This document shows positions 37,591-48,130 of a DNA stretch of 64,000 nt, piece after piece. Under the pieces are notes generated by a model. It was not told where the DNA came from. It did not search any database and was given only the letters and a program-made list of their open reading frames with translations. Source of the stretch: Vicugna vicugna (Eukaryota); the NCBI GenBank assembly GCA_013265495.1, contig MU063444.1, positions 880,195 to 944,194 on the forward strand, given 5' to 3'. The number at the start of each line of letters is the position of its first letter. The first letter of the stretch is position 1. Made by a program: the position numbers and the translations under genes.

Positions 37591-38419
37591 AATTGGCAAT
37601 CTAGACAGTAGTGTCTGCAACCATGAAGTGGCGGCTCGTGGCTGTGGGCTAGAGCTAGTCTCTTGGCCTGTAGGCCGTAGAATCTGAGAAGTAAGAGATG
37701 GTTCAGAACAAGGGCATTCTGCTCCTCCACTGCGCCTGGGGAGCAAAGCTCCATCTGCTTGGAACAAACTCGAGGTGGGGTGAGGTGGGTGGGGCGTTGG
37801 TACCGTTTTATGATTAGATTCTCAGCGAGTTTTTAAATGCCATTGGAGTTCGCCGTCCTGTGTCTCAGGAAGCAAAACTCATAAAGCTCAAGTGATTTTG
37901 CGGATTGAGTTCACAGAGCCTTTCTGATCCCCAAAAGACCTTCCTTCCTGGGTGTTTTTATCCCATTTAATTTAGTGTCTTTGAAAGATCAATAGAAGAA
38001 GGTCAATTGCTGAGGCTGTTCTTATATTGTTTACAGATGTCAGAGCTGTTGACAGCCTAGCCCGTCTTCTGCTCTAAATCTGAGGGACTGGATAACAGCA
38101 TCTTCCTATCCTAAGGGGAGAAAAATGTCTGTCCTGTTTGCCTGTGAATATTTTGTTCAACCAGTATCCATGTATGATATTTTACCCTATACAGTTATCA
38201 GCTGGCCTGATGTAGCCTCTCTGTATTTTTCCTTTTTGCTCACCTGTGTCCTGATTCATGGACTCCTGTGTACACAGCCACTGTTTACCATCTAGGGCAT
38301 GAATTTTGAGAATTCAGGTGGGCCATGGAGGGGCCAGAAGGGAGCCTGGATGGGCAAAGATGGGCCAGCGACAGGGCCAGTGACAGGGCCACGGGAGGAA
38401 TCCTAGAGATGGCCCAGGA

Positions 38420-38612
38420 CTTTTTAACTCGATGTCCTCTCCGCTGCATCTCTTTGTGTTTAGAGTCCACCATGTTTAATCCAGGATGACCTCGCCTCGA
38501 GATCCTTAAATTAATTACATCTCCGAAGACCCATTTTGAAAGAAGGCAACATTTCAGGCTCTGGTAGGTTAGAGCATGGATGTTCCTTTTGGAGGGCCAC
38601 CATTCAGTCCAC
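38420..38612 (-). mobile_element. MLT1 (MaLR) LTR end
   Basis: taatccaggatgacctcgcctcgagatccttaaattaattacatctccgaagaccc...ttttggagggccaccattcagtcc. Confidence 0.8.
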
Positions 38613-38621
38613 CAGACGGAT

Positions 38622-38833
38622 TATATTTTTCATTGGCCATTTGTATTGATGTTTCATACAGTTTTCAAAAGTTATACCCCATTTACAGTTATGACAAAAT
38701 ATTGGCTCTGTTCCCCGTGTTGTACAACACATCCTTGTGGCCTGTCGTACACCCAGTAGTTTGTGCCTCCCACTTTCTGTCCCTTGTATTGCCCCCTGCC
38801 ACGCTGGTAACCACTAGCTTGTTCTCTATACTG
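38622..38833 (-). mobile_element. L1 3' UTR fragment
   Basis: aaaatattggctctgttccccgtgttgtacaacacatcc...ggtaaccactagcttgttctctata. Confidence 0.75.
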
Positions 38834-38870
38834 CAAAGGTTGTGTGACTATGTTTAAAAACTGATGGGGA

Positions 38871-39044
38871 AGTTTCTTCTGTGCAGCACAGGGAGCTGTG
38901 CTGTTCAATGCCTTGTAATGACCTTTAATGAAAAGGAATATGAAAACGAATATATGTGTGTATATGCATGACTGGGACACTGTGCTGTGCACCAGAAACT
39001 GACACATGGTAACAGACTGTGCTTCAGTTAAAAAAAAAAAAAAA
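38871..39044 (+). mobile_element. 5'-truncated L1 3' UTR with poly(A) and TSD
   Basis: Same subfamily as 12129-12462; A15 tail; exact 10-bp TSD CTGATGGGGA at 38861-38870 and 39046-39055. Confidence 0.9.
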
Positions 39045-39055
39045 CCTGATGGGGA

Positions 39056-39215
39056 TAGTATGGCTCTTCCTAATAAGCAAGATGTACAACTCAGAAGCCA
39101 CAGAAGAGCAGACTGGCAGACTTAATTACAGAAAAATTAAATGCCTCTAAATGATGAAAGATACTGTAAGCAAAGTTGAAAAGACAAGAGCAAAATGAAA
39201 GAAAATATTTGCCAC
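39056..39215 (+). mobile_element. Ancient L1 ORF2 fragment
   Basis: gcaaagttgaaaagacaagagcaaaatgaaagaaaatatttgccac. Confidence 0.55.
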
Positions 39216-39960
39216 GCACGTACGTCATAGATTCATCCGGGATGAATTGCACAGTCGCAAGATGCGTACAGAAGAATTGATTATTTTTCTGTTACTCTTT
39301 GCGGGCGTCCATTTTTAAACAGGAAAGAACAGCTCAAGCTGGCCAAGGCAGAGAAACTTGGTCACTTCGGTCAGTTTTCTCCTGGGTAGCCCAGTGTGTC
39401 GGGAGTAGATCCTTGCCTCTGGGGGTTTCTCCTTTCCTTCTCAGAGTGTAGAGAGGAGGGCGTGCGATGTGTTTGCATCAGAATGGGGGGTCGTGTGCCC
39501 AGTACGTCACGAGCTCTTTGGAAGAAGGGGCTTGTCTTTTATCGAACTCTGAATCACCGGTGTTTAGGATTAGCCCATCACTCAGAGAATCTTTGCTGAC
39601 TCACATCGATTGGAAAGCTTTTAAAATCCCTGGTGCTTCCGTTTCCAGGGATATTAAGGGACAGGACTGCATTTATCGTATTCCCAGCAGGGCTGTTGTG
39701 AAGATTAATGTTTTAACATAAATGATCTCCTTTCAAAAGGCATTCATTAAGCTAAAGTTTTTTTTTTTGAAGTGTACTTAGTTTTATAATAATCTGTATT
39801 TCAGTCATGTCTGAACTATAAGCAGTAAGTTATTTGTGCTTTCTCATAGAACGTATGACATGCAGAAGAACACAGAATTATCACCTGTAGTTTTACAGGA
39901 AGATCCTACACGGGAGCTTGGCACACGGGAGGGCCAAGGTGGGGTGCTTTAGGAGCAAGC

Positions 39961-40019
39961 CCCCTGACCTGATGTGCTGTTTCTCTTCTCCCCACCCTCC
40001 CCTCACCCCGGCTCCCCAG
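39961..40019 (+). other. 3' splice site (branch candidates, polypyrimidine tract, AG) of the MYRIP exon
   Basis: CTGAC at 39964-39968 and CTCAC at 40002-40006 fit yUnAy; C/T-rich tract 39980-40017; CAG at 40017-40019. Confidence 0.85.
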
Positions 40020-40241
40020 CGAGCTGAGGCAGAAGCTGGATGAGGAGGGCAGCAAGTGCAGCATCCTGTCCAAGCACCAGAAGTTCGTGGAGCACTGCTG
40101 CATGCGCTGCTGCGCACCCTTCACCTTCCTCGTCAACACCAAGCGCCGCTGCGGGGACTGCAGGTTCAACGTCTGCAAGGGCTGCTGCTCCTACCAGAAG
40201 CGCGAGAAGCTGTGGCTGTGCTGCGTGTGCCAGCAGGCGAG
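40020..40241 (+). CDS. MYRIP: Internal coding exon (orthologue of human exon 3) of MYRIP/Slac2-c: end of Slp-homology (Rab27-binding) helix plus FYVE-type double zinc finger
   Basis: Frame from 40021 reads ELRQKLDEEGSKCSILSKHQKFVEHCCMRCCAPFTFLVNTKRRCGDCRFNVCKGCCSYQKREKLWLCCVCQQA(R), which I recognise as the MYRIP N-terminal domain with four CxxC pairs (CMRC, CGDC, CKGC, CCVC). Acceptor: pyrimidine tract then AG at 40018-40019. Donor: AG|GTGAGT at 40242. Length 222 nt, phase 2 at both ends. Confidence 0.97.
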
Positions 40242-40535
40242 GTGAGTGGCCGCGGGGCCTCAGCTGGTGGCCCCCTCTCCCTTCTACCAGGTGCGGGACT
40301 GATTCCACCGGTCCTGCGTTTCACGCCATTACACCCAGGAGGAGCCTGTGGCCCTGTTTCCCCTCGTCCCCGCACTCTGCTGAGCCTCATTCTGCGGGTC
40401 CTGGCGGGCGGGACCTGGTCTTCGTCATCTCGGTACCCACACAGGTTAAGCACACCGCCTCGCGCACGGTGCGTGCCCAGCGCGGGTGGGCTTGATGTCT
40501 CGGGACCCAGGCTGTGTCTCACGGACCGGCGGTTC
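40020..40535. promoter_or_regulatory. Small intragenic CpG-island-like segment over the exon and 5' end of the next intron
   Basis: Exon is 139/222 G+C (63%) with 13 CpG by hand count (obs/exp about 0.6); roughly 24 more CpG in the next ~290 bp. No function demonstrated. Confidence 0.5.
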
Positions 40536-40817
40536 TCTTTCAGGGTAGAACAAAGCCCGGAAAAACAGACGAGTGATGCCTTAGCTGAACTGACAGCTCA
40601 CGTATGCCCCTCTCTCAGCTCTAGCAGAGGTACCCTTGTCGTGGTGGAGAAGCGCCCCGCGGCTTTCTGCACAGCCTCTGAGGGGCCCCTCGGTGAGAGG
40701 AGAGGTGGGTTGAGGATGGCAGTGATGCCCACTGTTTCAGAGCAGTAGAGGTAGAAAGCGGAGAAGCAGACCTCTCAGAGGAGACCAGGAAGTCCTGTGT
40801 ATTGCCCAGTCCCTCCG

Positions 40818-40854
40818 ACACACACGCGTGCGCACACACACACACACACACACA
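40818..40854. repeat. 37-bp perfect alternating purine-pyrimidine tract, (CA)n with CGCGTGCG core
   Basis: Directly visible. Confidence 0.9.
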
Positions 40855-41987
40855 ATGGGCACCTTGTCCCGCGCTTCCCAGGTGCATTTGGAAGATCCTG
40901 CCTTGGGCGCTCTGCCACACACAGACTGTAGACTTTCTGGGGCCATTGAGGCCATCCTGAGATGTTAAAGGGACTCACTCTCCAGACTGTACCTCTGGGG
41001 GAACAGTATAATGTTTAGGTCTGGAGAAAACCTTTTTCCTTTATTTTTGTGACATCTCTACTCTTGCCCAGAAGGTGTTGGCAGTGTCTGCTTGGAGGTG
41101 GAATGGAGGCTGTTAATAAATTCTGGTTTCAACACTTTAATAAGAATTTTAATCTATTACTTAAAACTCCTGACATAAATGAAAATCTGTGATCCCCTTG
41201 AGGGTGTCAGTCTCATTTAAATGTGTGGCAGATTCCTGATTCATGAATTCTTGCTGGATTTTTTTTTTAATTAATGAATTTGGAAGTCCTAAAATTTACT
41301 CAATGGAATCTTATTACAGAGAAGGTGCCACATTCTAAGTACACTTAGTATAGTCTTAGCCACTCATCTGGGTAAGACTTCAGATTGTGTGATAAGAGCA
41401 AGTGGGTGATGGAAATACAAGTTGTGGTCTAAGGTATTTCCGATGTCGGCATTGCCCCCAACTTGGACCTCCTGTATTCCTAGTAGATAACCTCTCTCTA
41501 CAGCGTAGGGTTTATAATGCGTGCAGATATATCATATGTCCAAGTAGGATGTACGTGTCTGTGTGTATAACAGACTGAGATCTCTCCATGTAGTGGGCAA
41601 CTTTTACATCCTTTTGGCTTTTCTGTACTTTCCAAAGTTTCTACACTCAACACTTACTACTTACGCTTATGTACTCAGGAAAACAGTGAGTGTTATTCAT
41701 AAACATATGATGACCTTTCAGGAAGAAACAAATCCTAAAACCAGGTCAAGAATAAAAGCAATCTTTTTTCTTTTTTTCAGAGATTGTAGGAGTTGAGGGT
41801 AGTAGAGAATTTTCTAACTCCAGCTTGGCAGAAGCGATCTGGAGTCCTGTGTCTGCAGTGTAGAAATTACGTAAACTAAGGAAGCATTCAGAAAGCCCTG
41901 CATCGCTTATCCCCGCGTGGGTGGGCTTCAGCAAAGCTTGTATGCAGTTGTGAAGCAGATCTGAGCCCGGGTGAGGGGCGGACCCAG

Positions 41988-42125
41988 CAGTTTTCTCAAC
42001 GGTCTGTGTCGCTGCCCAGGGGGAAGTTTAGACGTAGCATTTGCAGGGATATTTTGATTATCACAGTGACTGGGACTGCCACTGACCTCTGGTGCCTTGT
42101 GGGGGGGGGGCAGTCACAGGCTGAG
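41988..42125 (+). mobile_element. MER20-like hAT fragment
   Basis: cagttttctcaac...ctgcccagggggaagtttag...gatattttgattatcacagtgactggg...ccactgacctctggtg. Confidence 0.6.
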
Positions 42126-42599
42126 AAGAGCTGTTCCCTCTAAAACCCCAGGAAGGTTCTGGTGAATGATGGCAGGTGACTAGACCAAGCGGGTGTTTTC
42201 CCGAGTAGAGAGGAGAGAGAAGGGGTCCTGAGCCGGGCTGGATGTTGTGCTCAGAGTGCGTCGCAGGCCTTTGTTTCTACCCAGAGAGAGCCGGTTAGCA
42301 CTGCCTCCATTGTGAAGGGGATTAATCCACATGGAACCCAACTTTTCGTCTTCCCGATACGCCACAGATGCCCTGAAACGAGGCCTCAGAGGTGGTGATC
42401 GCATTGTCGACTCAAACATTTATAAAGTGCTAGTCAGCAGCCAGGCGTGGTGAGTAAGCCACCTCAGTGGAGTTGTCCTCACCTCCGCGTGTTGTTATCC
42501 ATATAAACCCATTTTTACGTGGTGGTCATCGTGGTGACACCTGCTGCTGCTTTACTTAAATGCATCCGCTCTTATCTACATTTCTATGCAGTATTCACA

Positions 42600-43080
42600 G
42601 TTGAGTGCCTGTTTAATTGTCTCTCCTGCAGTGGTACCACGATTGATTAACCCATTTTTGTACTGTAAATGCTGACATTTCTCTTCCCAGTTTTATTTTG
42701 CAGCTACAGGCAGTGCTCCCATGAGCATCTTTATACACATGTCCTTTTGCTTCTGGATATTTTCTTGAGAAAATATCTAGGAACAGAACTCTTGGCTCAA
42801 AGGCTGTGTATGTTTTGACTCTTTTTAAATAGGACCATTGTGTTTTCTCCCAGAGTCGTACGGAATCGTTCTGCCATCAGATATAAACGTGAATTTCAGC
42901 ACAAACTCCACTGTCAGGGTCCCTCATTTTTAAAATTCTTACGATTTGGCTGGGAATAAAATAGTGTTTTCTTGGATGAGAGTAAAATGTACCAGTGACT
43001 TTGAACGGTGTTCCTCCAGTTTCCTTGAAAGAGTCTGTTAACCTCTTGAGGTGGTTGGGGATATAATGTCAGATTTGTGA
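42600..43080 (-). mobile_element. Ancient L1 ORF2 3' relic
   Basis: gtgctcccatgagcatctttatacacatgtcc...atatctaggaacagaactcttggctcaaagg. Confidence 0.65.
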
Positions 43081-45159
43081 CACTTAAAACCACAGTTGCT
43101 TTTGAGGATGGATTGTCTAGGATTTTCTCTCAGCGAGATTATTTAGCCCGGAAAGTCAAACAGCAACTCTGCACAAAATCCCATATTCATTCACCTTTTC
43201 ACCACCTCGGGCAGATACGAAATGGCATCGAATATGTATCCTTTGAGGACGTGGCATTCGAGTGGTGCGCAGGACAGCGGGAAAGGGTCCTCCAGTCACC
43301 TTGGGTGGTGGTGAGTCACGGAGGCGAGGAGGGGTGAGCAAGAGGAAAAAGGACCTCGTCTCTGGCTTTAGTTCCAAACCCTTTGCTGGTTTTTCATTAA
43401 CGTTTTAGCTTGTGGCCGTTACGCTTTCATGTGGAGAGCACCACTTAGGTGTTGCCAGGATTGGGGTGGAGGGTTCATTTCCACTGTTCGCTGTCAGGAA
43501 GCTGTGAAGATATTATTGGAAAACACTCTGTTCTGTGTCAGCAGGTGGAAAACCCTGGCAGAGCCCCATTTTCACTCACCCCCTTTGTATTATGCATATA
43601 TGTATATGAATGAGAAGCAACGCCTGGCTTGTCCCGTGTATCTCAATATATAGTCTTGTAGTCCTGACTTTCTAAATAAATGAGGGTGTGGTAGCTGGTT
43701 ACTCATGGGAAAATGATTGGAGACAACAAATAGGTTGAGAACAGGACTCCTTGGAAGAGCAGAAGCTCAGCACCCATTTTAGGGGTGCCCCTGGCTGCCC
43801 CTCCTCCCCCACACCCTGGCAATGGCCTCACAGAAGCCATACACGCCACCCCCCACCCATCTTGTTACATGCGTGACTTCTCAGGTCCTTTTCGTTTGCT
43901 CATTTCATCTAAAAAAATCAGAACATGTTCTAATCCAACCTACCCCCAGGCCAGATCTCACAAGATACGTGTTTTTAACTTTTAAAATTCTAGTAAAATA
44001 TACGCTTAACCGTTTTAATGTTATTTTTAAAAAAACATGGGCCAGCATCTCCTCCTCCTCCTTCTGCTTCCCCACCACACACACACACACAAAAACCAGC
44101 ATGGATTTTACCTCCAGATATTTCATCTTGATCTGGAGGGTAGGATTATGGCTGATATCTTTTTTTCTTTACAGTTTAATGTATTTCAGAAATTCCAATG
44201 TTATTTTTTTTAAGCTGGAAAAAAAAGAAACATCCAATTTTCTTTAGAGTTTTGTGAAATAAACAGACAGTTCTCGAATTACGAAAATAAGGTGGCATTG
44301 CTATGAAGTCAGTGTGCTTCAAGACAGCTGTCTACAGTGACATTCAGAACTGAGGCACAGTAATAAACAGATATGTAGACAGCATCTCATGAGCCAGTCC
44401 CGTGACAATCCTGCAGACACCATGAGGGTGATTTTGTTGATATCAATAACCCCCTCCCTCTGCATGTGACAGGTTACAGGGCACCTGCTCATTTCAGTTA
44501 AGGGGGACACAAAACCATGAGCCTTTTGTGCCCCATTTTAAAATGCAGTTTCAAATTTTAAATGGTGTGTATCCCAAAACACTGCTGAATTCAGGAACCC
44601 TATTCTTCCCGCGACCTTTGCAGATGGATAGCCTCTCAGAGGTGCCTTGGGCGCTGGTAAGAAAGATTCCAGTGTCTCCTCTGCCTGCCTCACCCCCAGG
44701 CCTCCCACCTTAGCACTTGGGACGTTGCTTCTCATGCAGCAGCAGGCAGGTGGTTCTGCCAGGGACTGGCTTGTGCTCTGGAGAGAGGCGCCCAAGTTTA
44801 AGAGTTGCTACAGACCCTAGGTTCTGCAGGAGGGCTGAGGTGGTGCTGAGACTTCTGCCTGTCAAAGCATGATTAGGAGTTCCTTTGGAAAGTGGAACAT
44901 GCTCAGAGACCTCAGGACCCTCCTCTCCCTCCCTCCCTCCCCTTCCCTGTCTCCATTTCCACTTCATTTGAACTCTTTAATCCTTGGGATGAGGCCACGT
45001 GGTGAGGAGGGACTTTCAGGAGAAAGGACTAGATTTTTCACTTAGCAGTGAAAAAACCCAGGGAGAGTAGACAGGGGTTGTCAGAGAACCCTCTCCACTG
45101 ATACTTGTCAGCAGAGATAAAGGGATTTTAAAATGTTGTCTTTAGAATTCGATGACATG

Positions 45160-45291
45160 TAAGGTCACATAATTTATCATTTAAGCCTCTGGGACAGTTT
45201 TGAAAGTGAAAGAGAGTGCCCTTAATTATAGTAGGACCGACAGACATAAACGGGGATGGTTGTGGGCAAAGTGGACTACCTGGTGTTCCTA
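45160..45291 (+). mobile_element. MER94-like hAT-Blackjack MITE (about 132 bp)
   Basis: taaggtcacataatttatcattt...gggacagttttgaaagtgaaa...cttaattat...ggcaaagtggactacctggtgttccta. Confidence 0.7.
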
Positions 45292-45699
45292 ATTAATTAG
45301 GTGACTCCCGTCGCTTTCGTTCATGGAAAAGCTGTCCTTGGTGTGTATCTCTAACTTTTCAGTGCCCGTTAGGCCTGGGCCCTAGATCTGGGGAGCCCTA
45401 CACAGTTGTTATACTGAGTCAGGGAAATTCAGCTCCATCTGGGGACTACGGTGCCCCAGAACCCGCCTGGAGAGTCCTGTTGGTAGCTCGCACCTCTGCC
45501 AAAGGCAGCCAGACCCTAAGCTTAAAGCCTCTGGCTTTTAGATCACTTACATGTGCTAAAAACAGTCAGGACTTACTCTGGTTTTAAGTGAGACAGAACA
45601 GGAGCCCAGGTACCACGCACTGGCTAAGCACGCTGTCCTTTTGTGAATTCTCGAAACTTTCATCCCAAAAGCCTTTGCAAAACTGATCCCAGATCCTGG

Positions 45700-48130
45700 G
45701 GTGCATGTGTGCTGGCTAATGGGTATTTCATGTCTGTTTCCCTTGTAATTTTTTCAGTGTATGTTTTATACATTTTGAGGCTATGTTATTAGATACCTAC
45801 ACATAAAATTAATTCTAATTATATGTTGATTTTCAGGGTTTTCTAAGAAAGTATTCCTATGATATACCAGGAAATTTATTTTTTATTCCTTCCTAACCTT
45901 TATAAATTTCATTTCTTATTTTGCGGCCCTGCCCAGACCTCTAGAAAAATTTAAATAACATTAGGGATCACCATCAACCTTGGATGGTTCCTGATTTTAA
46001 GGGAAACGGTGCTGACATTTCACCAGCGTGTGTGATATTGGCTGCAGGGCGCTGGGGGTGCTCGTTTCCAGAGTTAAGAAAGTTCCTTTTTATTCCTAGA
46101 CTGCCAAGAGATTTTAACATAAATGGATACTTTTTCTTCTTTCTTAATTTGCTGGATTATAATAATTAGTTTTCTAAATTTCTAGAATTGCAATAATTAC
46201 TTTTTTAGTCTTCTAATAAGTAAGCCAGCTTGGATTCCTGGCAGAAACTCCACTTAGTCATGTGTCTTTTTATACTTTGTGTTTGTTAGAATGTTTGCAC
46301 CTATGTTCACAGCTGAGATTGGCCTGTAATTTCCTAATCTTTTGCTTTTCTTTGTCAGGTTTTGGCTTGTGGTATTAATGGTACATGATCCACGTTGAGT
46401 GGGAGGGAGTTGAGTATTGTGCCTTTTATTTCTGTTTTCTCAAAAGCGCCGTATAAAATTAAGTGACTTGTTCCTTACTTTGTAGTAGAACTTGCTTGCT
46501 TGGGGCTGGTGGCTTCTTTTTAGGAAGAGCATTTTACTGCTGATTCAGTTTCTTTAATGTGTGTAGAAGTATTCATGTTTTTCTCCTTTATCTTGATTTG
46601 GCTTTTAGTGAGGTGTGTGTTCTAAAATTTGTCCATTTCATCTAACTTTCTACTTAGTTTGCATACTGTTGTTTACAGTCTCATTTTATTCTCTAATTTG
46701 TCTGCATTTATAGCATCATTTCTACTACACTTTGTGCCTCCTTTATTTTTTAAGGCAGGGGGTTAGCTTTTTTTAAATAGACTCATGGACAGAGAATACA
46801 GACTTGTGGTTACGGGGGGGGTAGAGGGTGGGAAGGGATAGACTGGGATTTCAAAATTGTAGAATAGATAAACAAGATTACACTGTATAGCACAGGGAAA
46901 TATACACAAAATGTTATGATAACTCACAGAGAAAAAAATGTGACAATGAGTGTGTATATGTCCATGAATGACTGAAAAATTGTGCTGAACACTGGAATTT
47001 GACACAACATTGTAAAATGATTATGAATCAATAAAAAATGTAAAAAAAAAATTTTCAGAAACCAACTTCTGACTTGCTAGGCTCTCTCTATTAAATATTT
47101 ACCTTTTTTATCCTATTAATTTCTGTTCTTTTTTTCCCCCTTCTACTTTCTTTGGGCTTTTTCTGCTGTCCTCTGTCTAGTTTCTGAAGTTGGATGCTTA
47201 ACTCATTTACTTTCAGTCTTTCTTTTCTCACTAAGTGCCTCTTTATGTACCACGGTGACTGCATCTCACACAGGATATAATTTTATCGTCATTCATTTCC
47301 AAGAATTTTTCATTTCTATTTTGATTTTTTTCTTTGACCCATGTGGTATATAAAAATACATTTTTAAAATTGCCAAACTATGAGGTTTTTCTGATTGTCT
47401 TTTTGTTGTTGTTACAAACTTAATTACATTTTGCTCAGAGACTGTGGCCGTATGATACCGGGTCTTTGAAATTTGTTGAGGCTTGCCCAAGTTATGGTCA
47501 ATTTCCGTAAATATCCCATGGGTATTTGAAAAGAAAATATGTTCATGAATTACTAAGTAGAACATATGACCATCGTATATATGATAAGTCGATCAAGCCT
47601 GGAATTGCGTATAACCTACATTCTTAAATATCCTATATTCTTGCTCATTTCCTCGTGTGCTTGATATCTTAGTTAATAAGAGAGGCATTTCAAAATCTAT
47701 GACAATAGTAGGTTTGTCTATTTCCCTTTTGGTAATTCTTTCGGTTTATATTTTATACGTTTTGAGGCTGTGTTATTAGGTTTACAACATTCCTTTTTCA
47801 CTTTGGCTGTCTGTGGTGCATTTTGGATAATTTGTTTACATCTGCCCTTCATTTCGCTAATTCTCTGTCAAGTTTTGTTTAATCTACTGAATAACCTATC
47901 CATCAAGACTGCAGTTTCAAGTATAGCATTTTTTTTCACTTTTGGGAATTTTTTTCTTTTCCAATCTGATGGATCATCTCATAATTACTGTTCCTTGCTC
48001 ATAATTTCAGCACTCTTATTTCTTGACACTTATTAAACATAGTTATTTTGTTTTCTATCTGATAATTCTAGTATCTGAGATATTCGCTGGTCTGATTCTT
48101 CTGGCTCTTGTTTCTCCTGACTCTTGCTCA
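45700..48130 (-). mobile_element. Long ancient L1 ORF2 relic, host to a younger L1
   Basis: T-rich antisense ORF2: gttcctgattttaagggaaac, gttaagaaagttcctttttattcct, ctttgaaatttgttgaggcttg, aggctgtgttattagg. Confidence 0.85.
46775..47050 (+). mobile_element. Young camelid-type L1 3' end with poly(A)
   Basis: atagactcatggacagagaatacagacttgtggttac...gtatagcacagggaaatatacacaaaatg...tcaataaaaaatgtaaaaaaaaa; no clear TSD. Confidence 0.85.

Noticed and set aside
38622-39044. Opposed L1 fragments as a twin-priming 5' inversion
   Set aside because: Both pieces are 3' ends of different subfamilies and the + copy has its own TSD, so they are independent insertions.
39231-39247. ATTCATCC-G-GGATGAAT inverted repeat (also 7-9 bp stems at 28174 and 44111)
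   Set aside because: About one or more such stems are expected by chance in 64 kb.
40003-40308. 101-aa antisense ORF (Ala/Leu-rich) over the MYRIP exon
   Set aside because: In-register antisense shadow of an exon with 97% GC3, which removes stops on the opposite strand; no recognisable homology.
40040-40748. 151-aa and 230-aa + strand ORFs starting in the exon
   Set aside because: Alternative frames running through the GT donor into GC-rich intron; low-complexity A/S/R/P composition. The true frame starts at 40021.
43236-43265. VSFEDVAFEW resembling the start of a KRAB-A box
   Set aside because: Only 7 residues match, no splice acceptor precedes it, the rest of the KRAB consensus is missing and there are no C2H2 fingers in the window.
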